Origin: Chitinophagaceae bacterium
Lineage (GTDB): Bacteria; Bacteroidota; Bacteroidia; Chitinophagales; Chitinophagaceae
Reading direction: 5' to 3'
NCBI GenBank assembly: GCA_035550215.1
Contig: DASZPM010000016.1
Coordinates: 5,788-69,787 of the forward strand
Length of the DNA: 64,000 bases
This document shows, piece by piece, positions 27,643-37,411 of the stretch. The notes under the pieces were generated by a model. That model was given only the letters and a program-made list of their open reading frames with translations. It made no database searches and was not told the DNA's origin. Made by a program: the position numbers and the translations under genes. Position 1 is the stretch's first letter. The number at the start of each line of letters is the position of its first letter.

Positions 27643-29307
27643 TTAATAATTGCTGTATTGTTTTAATAAAGCAGCTATTTCGCCGTTGCCCCTGCGTTCA
27701 GCCCATGCTAAAGGTGTAGCCCATGCCGGTACACCAACTACCTGCATCCTGGCGCCTTTTTCCAGTAAAAAAAGCACCATATCTTTTTTGCCATCTTTAG
27801 CTGCCCATCCCAATGGTGTGGAGCAAAGCTCCCCGTCAACAGCATTTATATCTGCGCCATGTTCTAAAAAAAGAGCCGCGTTTTCTATATCACCTCTTTG
27901 TGCAAACCGGTGCAATGGCCGTATACCCAACCAGTCAACATAATTGGCATTCATGCCATGTACAAATAATATGTCGGCGATAGCTCTTGTTTTTATACTC
28001 TTGTCAGGCCCCTGGCTTCTCACGCCTACGGCGACATGTTCTGCAAGAGTGGGATGATAAAGCAGCATCAGCCGTACAAAAGATTCATGCCCCTGCGATG
28101 CCGCGCATTCAAGAGCATAAGGGTCCCACGCCATAGCAGGGTTGGCCGCGAAAACAGCGGCGCCGGTTTGCAGGTCGCCCATATACGCTAATAAATTCAC
28201 TTCTCTTGCTGCGCCATAAGTGCACAAAAGTTCAATCATTGGCTTATCATCTTTTGCAATTGCTGCACTTAATGTATCTGCCGAACTTTCTACAGGAACA
28301 TTGGGGTAAGCCCCGTGTTTTAGCAGCAGCTTTACTACTTCAATATGACCATAGAAAACAGCGGAATGCAACGCATGGCCACGCGGGGCGATATGCTCTT
28401 CAGGCAGGTTAGGATCTGCACCTCGTTCCAGTAATAATTTTACTATGTCAATATGGCCCCTTGCAGCCGCATTTTTGATGGGTGAGCCGGAGCCTATATA
28501 GTAAGTAATGTAATCTGAGTTGCGGTTAACAAGCGTCGCATCTTCATCAAGCAACTGCCTTACCCTTTCTATATCTCCAATGGCACAGGCAGTGCAAATA
28601 TCAACATACGCGCCCTTTTCCCGCAGGTGTAACAACACCTGCATCGGGGTTACCGGGAAATCTTTTGTCCATCCCCTAAATCCGTAATCACCATTTACCA
28701 ATTGCAGGGGCCTTGCGCCGTCCCTTCTTTTTGCATTAATGTCCGCGCCGCGTGCAAGCAATTCATCAATCATACCCGGTTGCCGGGTCATTACCGCCCA
28801 ATGTATTGGCTGGTTGGTATTTTGATCTTTTGCATTTACAAGCGATGGTGATTCGTCCAATAATTTTTTCACTGCAGGTATGTCACGGCTGCGTATTGCT
28901 TCTGCTATCTTTTCCCCTTCCTCCGGCGCAGCATTATCCCCGGCAATCGCTGTTTCAAGCATTGCCTGTATTTCGGTATAACCCCTGTCTTTTGCAATGG
29001 TCAGAAGTGTATCGTTTGTGCCGGATGACACGGGGTCTGCACCCCGCCCCAACAAAAATTTTACTGCTTCAATTTGATTTTCCTGCACCGCGAATAACGT
29101 GGCATTTCTATAGTCGTAATGGCTGCGTACCAATGTGGGGTCTTTGTTGAGTAATTTCTCCAGCGTGTCAACATCCCCGGACGCTGCCGCGCAAATCATC
29201 AGCCATAAATCTTTACCACTGCCTACCGACCAAAACAGCGGTTCATCTTTTGCCAGGGCCTCCGGGCGCCACATATTTGCAAGCCTATTGTTTGAACTAT
29301 CAGCCAT
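27643..29307 (-). CDS. Ankyrin-repeat protein (10 or more repeats)
   Basis: Canonical ANK units are present (GHIDIVKLLLERGADPN, GHIEVVKLLLKHGAYPN, TPLGWAAKDGKKDMVLFLLEKGA). No signal peptide. Confidence 0.9.
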   Translation of the reverse strand: MADSSNNRLANMWRPEALAKDEPLFWSVGSGKDLWLMICAAASGDVDTLEKLLNKDPTLVRSHYDYRNATLFAVQENQIEAVKFLLGRGADPVSSGTNDTLLTIAKDRGYTEIQAMLETAIAGDNAAPEEGEKIAEAIRSRDIPAVKKLLDESPSLVNAKDQNTNQPIHWAVMTRQPGMIDELLARGADINAKRRDGARPLQLVNGDYGFRGWTKDFPVTPMQVLLHLREKGAYVDICTACAIGDIERVRQLLDEDATLVNRNSDYITYYIGSGSPIKNAAARGHIDIVKLLLERGADPNLPEEHIAPRGHALHSAVFYGHIEVVKLLLKHGAYPNVPVESSADTLSAAIAKDDKPMIELLCTYGAAREVNLLAYMGDLQTGAAVFAANPAMAWDPYALECAASQGHESFVRLMLLYHPTLAEHVAVGVRSQGPDKSIKTRAIADILFVHGMNANYVDWLGIRPLHRFAQRGDIENAALFLEHGADINAVDGELCSTPLGWAAKDGKKDMVLFLLEKGARMQVVGVPAWATPLAWAERRGNGEIAALLKQYSNY

Positions 29308-29315
29308 GTGTACTA

Positions 29316-29924
29316 TTATTTACATAACGTTATTAATGTATTCAAATCCTTCCATCCGAAGCCTCCATGAAATTCCCCGTTTTTAGCATATAACTTTTCT
29401 CCTCCCATTGCTTTGTGAAAATAGATGGATGGGTTTGATGCTTCACCAAACAAGACCATAGAAGATATATTCATACTTAAAAAGCGGCGGGCTACCTGGC
29501 ATAATAGTCTCCGCCCCAAACCAATACGCTGGTGTGTTTGCAACAGGTATATTTTGTTTAATTCACCGGCATAGCCGGGTAAATCCGTATGAGCGTATTT
29601 TTTACCTTTTGCAAAGCCGATTAATTCACCGTTGGTGTCTTCAATCACATAGCAAAACCAACTTCCATCTTGCATTCCAAACTCCTCTTTCCATTGATGC
29701 TCCCGGATGGCATACGCAGGAGGCCGTTTTGCGTATGAGTGTGTTTCTATCCAGGCTTTTACATGCAGTGCGGAAAGCTTTGGAATATCGGCAGTAACAG
29801 CTTCGCGAATAGTATAAGATTCTTTTGTATCTCCGCGTGCCCGCATCATTTTTAATGCCTTGCTTTTTGAAGGCCGTTTGAGGTTTAAAATAAAACGCTG
29901 TATGGCTGTTCTTATTTTTTTCAT
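29316..29924 (-). CDS. GNAT-family N-acetyltransferase
   Basis: Acetyl-CoA-binding motif A is QRIGLGRRLL. Size is 202 aa. Confidence 0.8.
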   Translation of the reverse strand: MKKIRTAIQRFILNLKRPSKSKALKMMRARGDTKESYTIREAVTADIPKLSALHVKAWIETHSYAKRPPAYAIREHQWKEEFGMQDGSWFCYVIEDTNGELIGFAKGKKYAHTDLPGYAGELNKIYLLQTHQRIGLGRRLLCQVARRFLSMNISSMVLFGEASNPSIYFHKAMGGEKLYAKNGEFHGGFGWKDLNTLITLCK

Positions 29925-29957
29925 GTTACCTGTTATAAAACACTTGCTGCGCCGGGG

Positions 29958-31136
29958 CTAAATATATTTCAACCACTTTTTCCCGGGATGAGCGAATTTA
30001 TATTTTGCATACCAGCGGCATGCAAAATATAATACAACAACATCAACAGCATATACCAGGTACAACATACCAAGGCCCCACCGTTGCCCTTCAGGTACCT
30101 CTGTAAAAGGAGCCGTGGTATACCATTCCTGGTGTGCGTTACCAGAGACAATTAAATTTACAATAAGTGCAGAAATATGAATAAGCAAAATATGTAACAG
30201 GTAGTAAAACAAAGGTACGCGGCCGAAAAGCTTTAAAACATTGGCCAGCCATCCCTTTACATGCTGCGCCCATGGCACAAGCGCTATTACAGGCCCCAGC
30301 GTCATTAATAAAAATAATTGGGATGGGGGATATTTTTGCTGCGCCAGTAATTTGAAAATAAATGGCCTTGTGTCCTGCGGCGAATGGTTTTTTATAACAA
30401 TTATGCCGCCTGCAATTAAAAAGGCCACAATGGCTGAAAGCCCCATCCAAAGACAGAATTTTTTTAAAAAGCGCTGGTTACCCAATAATAGTTTGCCAAA
30501 GCCAAAGCCCGCCATCATTACACCCAGCCAGGGTAATATAACAAACAATACAGCAATATGGGGCATGCCCTGGTAACCGGAATAGTAAAAGAATCCCCAT
30601 ATCCATCCGACATATTCACGCCATGCCTGCGGAAACAGTAATGGAACATATTGAAATACCTGCTGTACCGCTATAATAACTAACCCTGTAATGGCTATGG
30701 TTAATGGCTTTAGCCGAACAAATGCAGAAAGCAGCACCATACACCAGCCAATCATCCAGATGATGCCTGCCAAAGTAAAATTGGCGTAGTTGAGATTAAA
30801 ACCCCAGGAAAATTTGACGACAGTCAGTTCAAGAATAACGAGCAACAAGCCCCGCGAGAGCAGGAAGGATGCCAGCCTGCCCTTGTTCAAAATTTTGCTG
30901 TAATACAGGTAAGCGCTGGTACCTGCAAAAAATACAAATGCCGGTGCGCAAAAATGTGTTACCCAGCGTGTAAAAAATATTCCGGCGGTTGAACCACCTG
31001 CCGGCAAGCCTGAATAACAACGTACATGGTCAATGGCCATTAATACCATTACCGCCCCTCTTAATATATCAACACTTTGAACCCTTGCCGTAGTTTGGGT
31101 TGAGGCGGTGCTTGCAACGGATTGTGATGTTTGCAT
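29958..31136 (-). CDS. DUF1624 / HGSNAT-like acyltransferase-family membrane protein
   Basis: RVQSVDILRGAVMVLMAIDHVR is the typical N-terminal motif, followed by about 10 TM helices. ATG at 31136 is preferred; the longest ORF reaches 31205. Confidence 0.7.
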   Translation of the reverse strand: MQTSQSVASTASTQTTARVQSVDILRGAVMVLMAIDHVRCYSGLPAGGSTAGIFFTRWVTHFCAPAFVFFAGTSAYLYYSKILNKGRLASFLLSRGLLLVILELTVVKFSWGFNLNYANFTLAGIIWMIGWCMVLLSAFVRLKPLTIAITGLVIIAVQQVFQYVPLLFPQAWREYVGWIWGFFYYSGYQGMPHIAVLFVILPWLGVMMAGFGFGKLLLGNQRFLKKFCLWMGLSAIVAFLIAGGIIVIKNHSPQDTRPFIFKLLAQQKYPPSQLFLLMTLGPVIALVPWAQHVKGWLANVLKLFGRVPLFYYLLHILLIHISALIVNLIVSGNAHQEWYTTAPFTEVPEGQRWGLGMLYLVYAVDVVVLYFACRWYAKYKFAHPGKKWLKYI

Positions 31137-31466
31137 AAACTGTGTTGAAAATGATGGTATGTTAATTTCAACTAAATGGGTTACACTACAAAACAATTTT
31201 GACAACAGGTAAAAAAATGCCTGTAATTGTGCCGTCTGCCGTGAGATTTTTAAAAAATCATGTAAGGTTATATGTTATTCCGCGTGGTAATAAATATTCT
31301 TTTTAAAATATACAATGGCTGCATTTCAATAAAAAACTTTTTTGATATGGCGTATTAAAAGCTACGTAATTTAACTGTTATTACCGGCATACTGCATAAA
31401 GCATTTAAAGGTACAATACCGGTGTAACCTAAATATAAAATATCCGTTAGTTTTACTGTACTTATT

Positions 31467-32765
31467 ATGGAAAATGCAATAGAAAACAGCACCCGTTTTG
31501 GCGATGTTACCACGGATTACCTGGAACAGCTTATGGTTTACAACCATACCGAGCTATTTAAAATGAACGCCATTAGCAGTGGTGGTGAAGTTTGCGTAAA
31601 GGATGGGGTTGTATGGACGTTTGAAGCAGGCAAGCACAAGGGCAATATTGCTTTTCCCGTACTTACAAAAGAAAATGCAGGCAGCCTGCTGGATGAAATA
31701 ATACAGTATTACCGCGAAAAGAAAGTGGCTGATGTAGGTTGCTGGTCACGTAAGCCACTGCCGTACCGTGCCATGGGGGTAAAATTGCTTGCGCGCGGTT
31801 TTCAATTTGGCTGGAAGCCCAACTGGATGGCGCTTGACCTTGATAAAATAAATACGGGTCATAATGTGCCGCCGGGATTGGAAATTAAAGCGGATAATGA
31901 GACTTCAACGCACGGGATGACAGATTTACCCTATTCCGGCGACAGGGGCGCTGTGGCTTCAAATTCATTAACGGCACACCCAGACATGGTGCAACGGTTT
32001 ATTGCCCGGCTTGACGGGGAGATTGTAGGGCAGAGCGCTGTATTTATACCACCGGGTGGTGAAGACGCCTGTGGCCTGTATGAAGTAGGGGTGGTGCCGG
32101 CGGCACGTAAACGTGGCATTGGCAAGGCTGTTGTTACAGCGGCGTGCCTGTACGCCAAAGAAAAAGGATGCCGCTATGCCACACTAAACGGAACAGGAAA
32201 GAAAATGTATGAGCAGGTGGGCTTTGTACATATCGGTTACGGCCGCACATGGTGGGCAAACAATAACTATATTACTAACCCGCCTTCGCGGGCACAGGTA
32301 CTGCTGGCCGAGGCTGCCGGGACAGGAAATATTGCGATGCTGGATGAAATAATAAAGAAGGTTGACCCGGCGATACTTAATGTACCCATGACGAACAAAA
32401 TGACTTTTGTTGAATTAGCCGCATACTGCGGAAAACCCGCGTCTGCTGAATGGCTGGTTAAACATGGTGCGAACTACACTGTGCTTGACGCCTGGCGGTT
32501 AGGGTGGAAGCTAAGGGCAGAAGCGTTGCTGGCAGAGGATGCTGCACTGGTGAATAAGCAATATGGTGAAGGAGGTTTAACCTTGTTGCATATTGCTGCC
32601 GAAAAAAATGATATAGGATTGGCTGAACTGGCATTAGCGGCCAGGCCTGATATTACCATACAGGATAACTGGCACAACGGAATTCCCCTGGGATGGGCAT
32701 ATTATTTGGAGCGTAAGGAGATAATAGAACTGATAACAAAGTACACTGAACAGCAAAAAAGTTAA
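31467..32765 (+). CDS. GNAT acetyltransferase fused to C-terminal ankyrin repeats
   Basis: The GNAT core is VGVVPAARKRGIGKAVV...MYEQVGF. The C-terminal ANK units include TLLHIAAEKNDIGLAELALAARPDI and IPLGWA. Confidence 0.8.
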   Translation: MENAIENSTRFGDVTTDYLEQLMVYNHTELFKMNAISSGGEVCVKDGVVWTFEAGKHKGNIAFPVLTKENAGSLLDEIIQYYREKKVADVGCWSRKPLPYRAMGVKLLARGFQFGWKPNWMALDLDKINTGHNVPPGLEIKADNETSTHGMTDLPYSGDRGAVASNSLTAHPDMVQRFIARLDGEIVGQSAVFIPPGGEDACGLYEVGVVPAARKRGIGKAVVTAACLYAKEKGCRYATLNGTGKKMYEQVGFVHIGYGRTWWANNNYITNPPSRAQVLLAEAAGTGNIAMLDEIIKKVDPAILNVPMTNKMTFVELAAYCGKPASAEWLVKHGANYTVLDAWRLGWKLRAEALLAEDAALVNKQYGEGGLTLLHIAAEKNDIGLAELALAARPDITIQDNWHNGIPLGWAYYLERKEIIELITKYTEQQKS

Positions 32766-32795
32766 CGGAAATTTTTACAACTAAAACAATCGCGC

Positions 32796-33806
32796 TTGGG
32801 GAAAATTTTTCAGAGAAGATATATTTTTCATGTGCTGTTCTGGCTCATGTACAGCCTGTTTGTGATTCTTGACTCACAGGGCTATATCATGAAAAAAAGT
32901 TTTGCGTTCAGTCTTGAACCATTGTTTGTGCATTTGGCATTGATGGCTTTTTTGGTGTACACGCATACGTTGGTACTTATACCGTACCTGCTGGAAAAAA
33001 AGAGAGTGGTATTGTATATTGTAAGCATCATTTTGCTGATAATATCGTTCACGTTGTTGCGTAGCTGGGTGCAACTATATTGGGATGCAGTGGTTTGGCC
33101 CGACGAAGTGATGAAATTGCCCGATTACTTTAAGTGGAACTTATTTTACGGCGTTTGGTTTATACTTATTTCATCCATGCTGCTGTACACACAAAAATGG
33201 AGCGAGCAAAGGCAACAGGTAAAAAATATACAGATAAGCCAGTTGCAAACGGAACTTAAATACCTGCGTGCCCAGATTAACCCGCATTTCCTTTTTAACG
33301 GGCTTAATACCATTTACGGCTATATTGACATTAACAACCAGCAGGCAAGGGATATTCTTGTACAGTTCAGCGATCTTTTGCGGTATAACCTGTACGAAGC
33401 TGATGTGGATATGGTTGAACTGGAGCAGGAAACAAAATTTCTGCAAAACTATGTGGCATTACAGCGGGCCAGGAGCAATGATAATATGAAGATTGAACTT
33501 ATGATTGATGTTGAGGACAACACTGTAAAAATTGTCCCCCTTATATGCATGGCTTTCGTGGAGAACGCTTTTAAATACACTACGAGGGACAACCGGGAAA
33601 ATACCGTGTCTATCTACCTGCGGCAAAAAAGTGATAAAGTGTATTTTACCTGCTCAAATACTTTTGAACCAACACAAAGTTTTTCCAGGGGCATAGGCTT
33701 AAGCAATGTAATGCGCAGGCTTGAGTTACTGTATAAAGACAAATACACCCTGCACATAGGCAGTGAGAATAATGTTTACCGGGTTGAATTAACGATAACA
33801 ATATGA
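32796..33806 (+). CDS. LytS/YehU-type sensor histidine kinase (His_kinase plus HATPase)
   Basis: QINPHFLFNGLNTIYG is the PF06580-type H-box. Four N-terminal TM helices are predicted. The start appears to be TTG. Confidence 0.85.
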   Translation: MGKIFQRRYIFHVLFWLMYSLFVILDSQGYIMKKSFAFSLEPLFVHLALMAFLVYTHTLVLIPYLLEKKRVVLYIVSIILLIISFTLLRSWVQLYWDAVVWPDEVMKLPDYFKWNLFYGVWFILISSMLLYTQKWSEQRQQVKNIQISQLQTELKYLRAQINPHFLFNGLNTIYGYIDINNQQARDILVQFSDLLRYNLYEADVDMVELEQETKFLQNYVALQRARSNDNMKIELMIDVEDNTVKIVPLICMAFVENAFKYTTRDNRENTVSIYLRQKSDKVYFTCSNTFEPTQSFSRGIGLSNVMRRLELLYKDKYTLHIGSENNVYRVELTITI

Positions 33807-34516
33807 AAAAGTTACGCTGTATAATTGTTGACGATGAGCCTGTAGCCCGGAAGATTCTGCAGGAATTTAGCGAGCAGGTGCCATACCTGGAACTTGCAGG
33901 CAAATTTGAAAATGTGCTGAAGGCGGATGCCTTTTTACAGGATAACCGGGTTGATGTTATGTTTCTTGACATTGAAATGCCAAAGCTAACCGGCTTGCAA
34001 TACCTCAAAGCCACTTCGGTGCAGCCGCTGGTTATTTTAACAACAGCTTTCCCTCAATACGCGCTGGAAGGGTATGAGCTGGATATTATTGACTATCTCT
34101 TAAAACCTTTTGCCTTCAGCCGGTTTTTAAAAGCAGTGCAAAAGGCTAAAGAATACTCCGAAATGAAAAACGTGGCCTTACCTGCGGGCACTTCTTCCTA
34201 CATTTTTGTTCGCAGCGATAAAAGAATAGAAAAGGTTGAACTTACAGACATATTATACGTAGAAAGCATCGGCAATTATGTAAGTATTTGTACAGAGCAT
34301 AAAAAAATAATCGCTTACCTCACTTTAAAAAGCATTGAGAGTCAACTGCCGGCAGGTGAGTTTATTAAAATACACCAATCTTTTATAGCAAATCTCTCAA
34401 GGGTAAATGCCATTGAAGGAAACCAGGTTGTGATGAAAAATGCCGCATTGCCTATTAGCCGAAATTACCGCGACAACGTAATGCAGGTAGTGGAGCAACG
34501 GTTGTTGAAACGATAA
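33803..34516 (+). CDS. LytTR-family response regulator
   Basis: The receiver domain carries CIIVDDEP...DVMFLDIEMP. The C-terminal LytTR domain carries ILYVESIGNYV...IHQSFIAN. ATGA overlap with the kinase gene. Confidence 0.9.
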   Translation: MKKLRCIIVDDEPVARKILQEFSEQVPYLELAGKFENVLKADAFLQDNRVDVMFLDIEMPKLTGLQYLKATSVQPLVILTTAFPQYALEGYELDIIDYLLKPFAFSRFLKAVQKAKEYSEMKNVALPAGTSSYIFVRSDKRIEKVELTDILYVESIGNYVSICTEHKKIIAYLTLKSIESQLPAGEFIKIHQSFIANLSRVNAIEGNQVVMKNAALPISRNYRDNVMQVVEQRLLKR

Positions 34517-34629
34517 AAATGGGTACCGGGGTGCCTGCCTGCAACGGAGGCAACTTTGTCCTCAAAAAAGGCCTCCAACCGCCATTTGTAAAAATCGCAC
34601 TATATTGCACAAAATTTTACTGCCTTCAC

Positions 34630-35892
34630 ATGAAGATTTTACTGAAGCAGGTTACAATTGCCGATCCTCTTTCGCCTCACAATGGTTTCGTAAAAGACAT
34701 TTTAATTTCCAATGGTTCTGTTGAAAAAATTGCCGATTCATTGGAGGAAACCGGCTTGCCCGCAACACTCACCGGGTTAACAGTATCACCGGGCTGGGTG
34801 GATATTTTCAGCCATTTTTGCGACCCCGGCCTCGAATACAGGGAAACGCTTGAGTCGGGAGCCGCTTCTGCGGCGGCGGGTGGTTATACGCAGGTGTTTA
34901 CCCTGCCCAATACCAACCCTGCCATTCAAAGCAAATCACAGGTTGAATATATCGTTCAAAAATCTGCCTCCCTTCCCGTAACCGTGCGCCCGCTGGGTGC
35001 AGTTACAAAGGAACTGGAAGGGAATGAACTGGCTGAAATGTATGACATGCGGGCGAGTGGCGCGGTTGCCTTCAGCGACGGTATAAATCCCGTGCAGTTA
35101 CCCGGGCTTATGCTTAAAGCGCTGCAATATGTAAAAGCTTTTAATGGCGTAATTATACAGGTGCCCCTTGATAAAAGCATAGGTAAACATGGGCTGATGA
35201 ACGAAGGCATTATTTCCACCAGGCTTGGGTTGCCGGGAATACCTGCTATTGCAGAAGAACTCATTATACAACGTGATATTGAACTGCTAAAATATACAGG
35301 CAGCAAGCTTCATATAACCGGGGTGTCTACAGAAAAAGGGTTACAACTTATACAGGCTGCCAAAGATGTAGGGCTTGATATAACCTGCAGTATTGCCCCG
35401 TACCAGGTATTTTTTTGTGATGAAGATTTGCAGGGATATGATACCAATTTAAAGCTAAGCCCGCCGTTGCGAACAAGGGCTGACATGATGGCTTTAAGAG
35501 AAGGGGTAAAAAGCGGTTTGATTGATTGTATCGCTTCTCACCACATTCCTCAAAACTGGGATAGTAAAACCTGCGAGTTTGAATATGCCAAAAACGGGAT
35601 GATAAGCCTGCAGACAGCTTTTGCGGCAGTTAATACCGCTGTGCCCGGGCTAACCGGCAACCGGCTGACTGAATTGTTCTCACTAAATGCGCGTAAAATA
35701 TTTAACCTGCCTTTGGCTACTGTAAATGAAGGCGAAAAAGCCGAATTAACTTTATTTGCACCCGGAGCCGGGTTCATGCTTCAAAAAGCGGCAATTAAAA
35801 GCAGGTCGTACAACACTCCTTTCATTGGCATGAGCCTTACAGGTAAAGTTGCCGGCATTGTGGCTAAGGGGAATGTTATTATAAATGGATAA
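34630..35892 (+). CDS. Dihydroorotase-like amidohydrolase with degenerate metal and catalytic motifs (PyrC'-like)
   Basis: It has type-I DHOase architecture (SPGWVDIFSHFCDPG, GAVAFSDG, IASHHIPQ), but the HxH and the catalytic Asp are substituted. ATG is at 34630. Confidence 0.8.
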   Translation: MKILLKQVTIADPLSPHNGFVKDILISNGSVEKIADSLEETGLPATLTGLTVSPGWVDIFSHFCDPGLEYRETLESGAASAAAGGYTQVFTLPNTNPAIQSKSQVEYIVQKSASLPVTVRPLGAVTKELEGNELAEMYDMRASGAVAFSDGINPVQLPGLMLKALQYVKAFNGVIIQVPLDKSIGKHGLMNEGIISTRLGLPGIPAIAEELIIQRDIELLKYTGSKLHITGVSTEKGLQLIQAAKDVGLDITCSIAPYQVFFCDEDLQGYDTNLKLSPPLRTRADMMALREGVKSGLIDCIASHHIPQNWDSKTCEFEYAKNGMISLQTAFAAVNTAVPGLTGNRLTELFSLNARKIFNLPLATVNEGEKAELTLFAPGAGFMLQKAAIKSRSYNTPFIGMSLTGKVAGIVAKGNVIING

Positions 35893-35900
35893 TTTATTAC

Positions 35901-36443
35901 ATGGTCAAAAATAAAAATGTTTCAGCCGGCCTAACCTGGGGTGTTATACTGGGGCTGATTTATTGCCTGTTCCTCTATTTAAGATGGAGCGCAGCGACAA
36001 ATATTGCCGCTTATGCCTTGCTGGCTGTTATAAACTACCTGCTTATTCTTGGGCTGCTTTTTGTTGAGGCCGCTTACAGGAAGAAATCTGCAGGTGGTTT
36101 TATAGAGTTGAAAGAGCTTTTTCAAACATTATTCATATCTGTGTTGTTGTTTGAGTTATTTTATGCGCTTTTTGATTTTTTATATTTGAAATGGATTGAC
36201 CCCGGCGTGATTGACAGGATGCGGAAGGCGACACAGGTTATGTTTGATAAGAGCACGGTGCCAATCTCTGATGAGCAAAAAAAGTCAACCCTGCAGGCTA
36301 TAGATAGCTTGCGGCAGTCAACACAGGTGGGCAATGTTATACAAAGTTATTTTACGTATGTGGCGGTAAGCGGTGTGCTGGCATTTTTTATAGCCCTGAT
36401 TATGCGAAAAAGAAAACCCGCCGATACAGAAACCAGCAAATAA
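35901..36443 (+). CDS. DUF4199-like membrane protein
   Basis: 180 aa with 4 TM helices. Its position upstream of a GT2 gene is common in Bacteroidota. This call is from memory. Confidence 0.55.
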   Translation: MVKNKNVSAGLTWGVILGLIYCLFLYLRWSAATNIAAYALLAVINYLLILGLLFVEAAYRKKSAGGFIELKELFQTLFISVLLFELFYALFDFLYLKWIDPGVIDRMRKATQVMFDKSTVPISDEQKKSTLQAIDSLRQSTQVGNVIQSYFTYVAVSGVLAFFIALIMRKRKPADTETSK

Positions 36444-37384
36444 TGGATGTATCTATAATTATACCGCTTTTTAATGAAGATGAATCGTTACCCGAACTGT
36501 GCGACTGGATAGTACGTGTGGTTACGGAAAATAAAATCTCCTACGAGATAATAATGGTGGACGATGGCAGTGTTGACAACAGTTGGGAAGTGATTGAAGA
36601 AATTTCTTCTAATAATAATCATGTAAAAGGCATAAAGTTTCAGCGTAATTATGGTAAATCAGCAGCGCTGAATGAAGGTTTTAAAGCAGCCCAGGGTGAC
36701 GTGGTTATTACCATGGATGCAGACCTGCAGGACTCGCCGGATGAGATACCTGAACTTCGCCGGATGATAGTGGAAGATGGCTATGATATGGTAAGCGGGT
36801 GGAAGAAAGTGCGTTATGATAATACGTTTACCAAAAATATTCCTTCAAAAGTATTTAATGCTTTAGCCCGCCGTGTATCAGGCATAAAGCTGCATGACTT
36901 TAACTGCGGCCTTAAAGCTTACCGTAAAAAAGTGGTAAAAAGCATTGAAGTGTACGGCGAAATGCACCGCAATATACCAGTGCTGGCAAAGTGGGCAGGT
37001 TTCAGGAAAATAACGGAAAAAGTTGTTATACACAGGCCGCGTAAATATGGTGTTACCAAGTTTGGGCTTGACCGTTTTATAAACGGTTTTTTAGACCTTG
37101 CCACTGTTACTTTTGTTGGGCGTTTCAGCAAAAGGCCCATGCATTTTTTCGGGTTGTACGGAACATTGTTTTTTTTATTGGGTTTTATAAGCACAATATA
37201 TCTTGTTGTTTCAAAATTTACAACGGCGCACTTTGGCCTTACCAACAAGCCTGCATTTTACATAGCCCTTACAGCGATGATAATAGGCATGCAGTTATTT
37301 CTTGCCGGTTTTATAGGCGAGCTTATCGGCCGCAATTCAGCAGAAAGAAACGCATATCTTATTGAGAAAAAATTAGGATTGTAA
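36443..37384 (+). CDS. GT2 polyprenol-phosphate glycosyltransferase (GtrB/DPM1/ArnC-like)
   Basis: IIIPLFNEDESL, MVDDGSVDNS and DADLQD (DxD) motifs, plus two C-terminal TM helices. Confidence 0.85.
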   Translation: MDVSIIIPLFNEDESLPELCDWIVRVVTENKISYEIIMVDDGSVDNSWEVIEEISSNNNHVKGIKFQRNYGKSAALNEGFKAAQGDVVITMDADLQDSPDEIPELRRMIVEDGYDMVSGWKKVRYDNTFTKNIPSKVFNALARRVSGIKLHDFNCGLKAYRKKVVKSIEVYGEMHRNIPVLAKWAGFRKITEKVVIHRPRKYGVTKFGLDRFINGFLDLATVTFVGRFSKRPMHFFGLYGTLFFLLGFISTIYLVVSKFTTAHFGLTNKPAFYIALTAMIIGMQLFLAGFIGELIGRNSAERNAYLIEKKLGL

Positions 37385-37411
37385 TAGCGAATATTCAATG
37401 ATATTTGCCGG

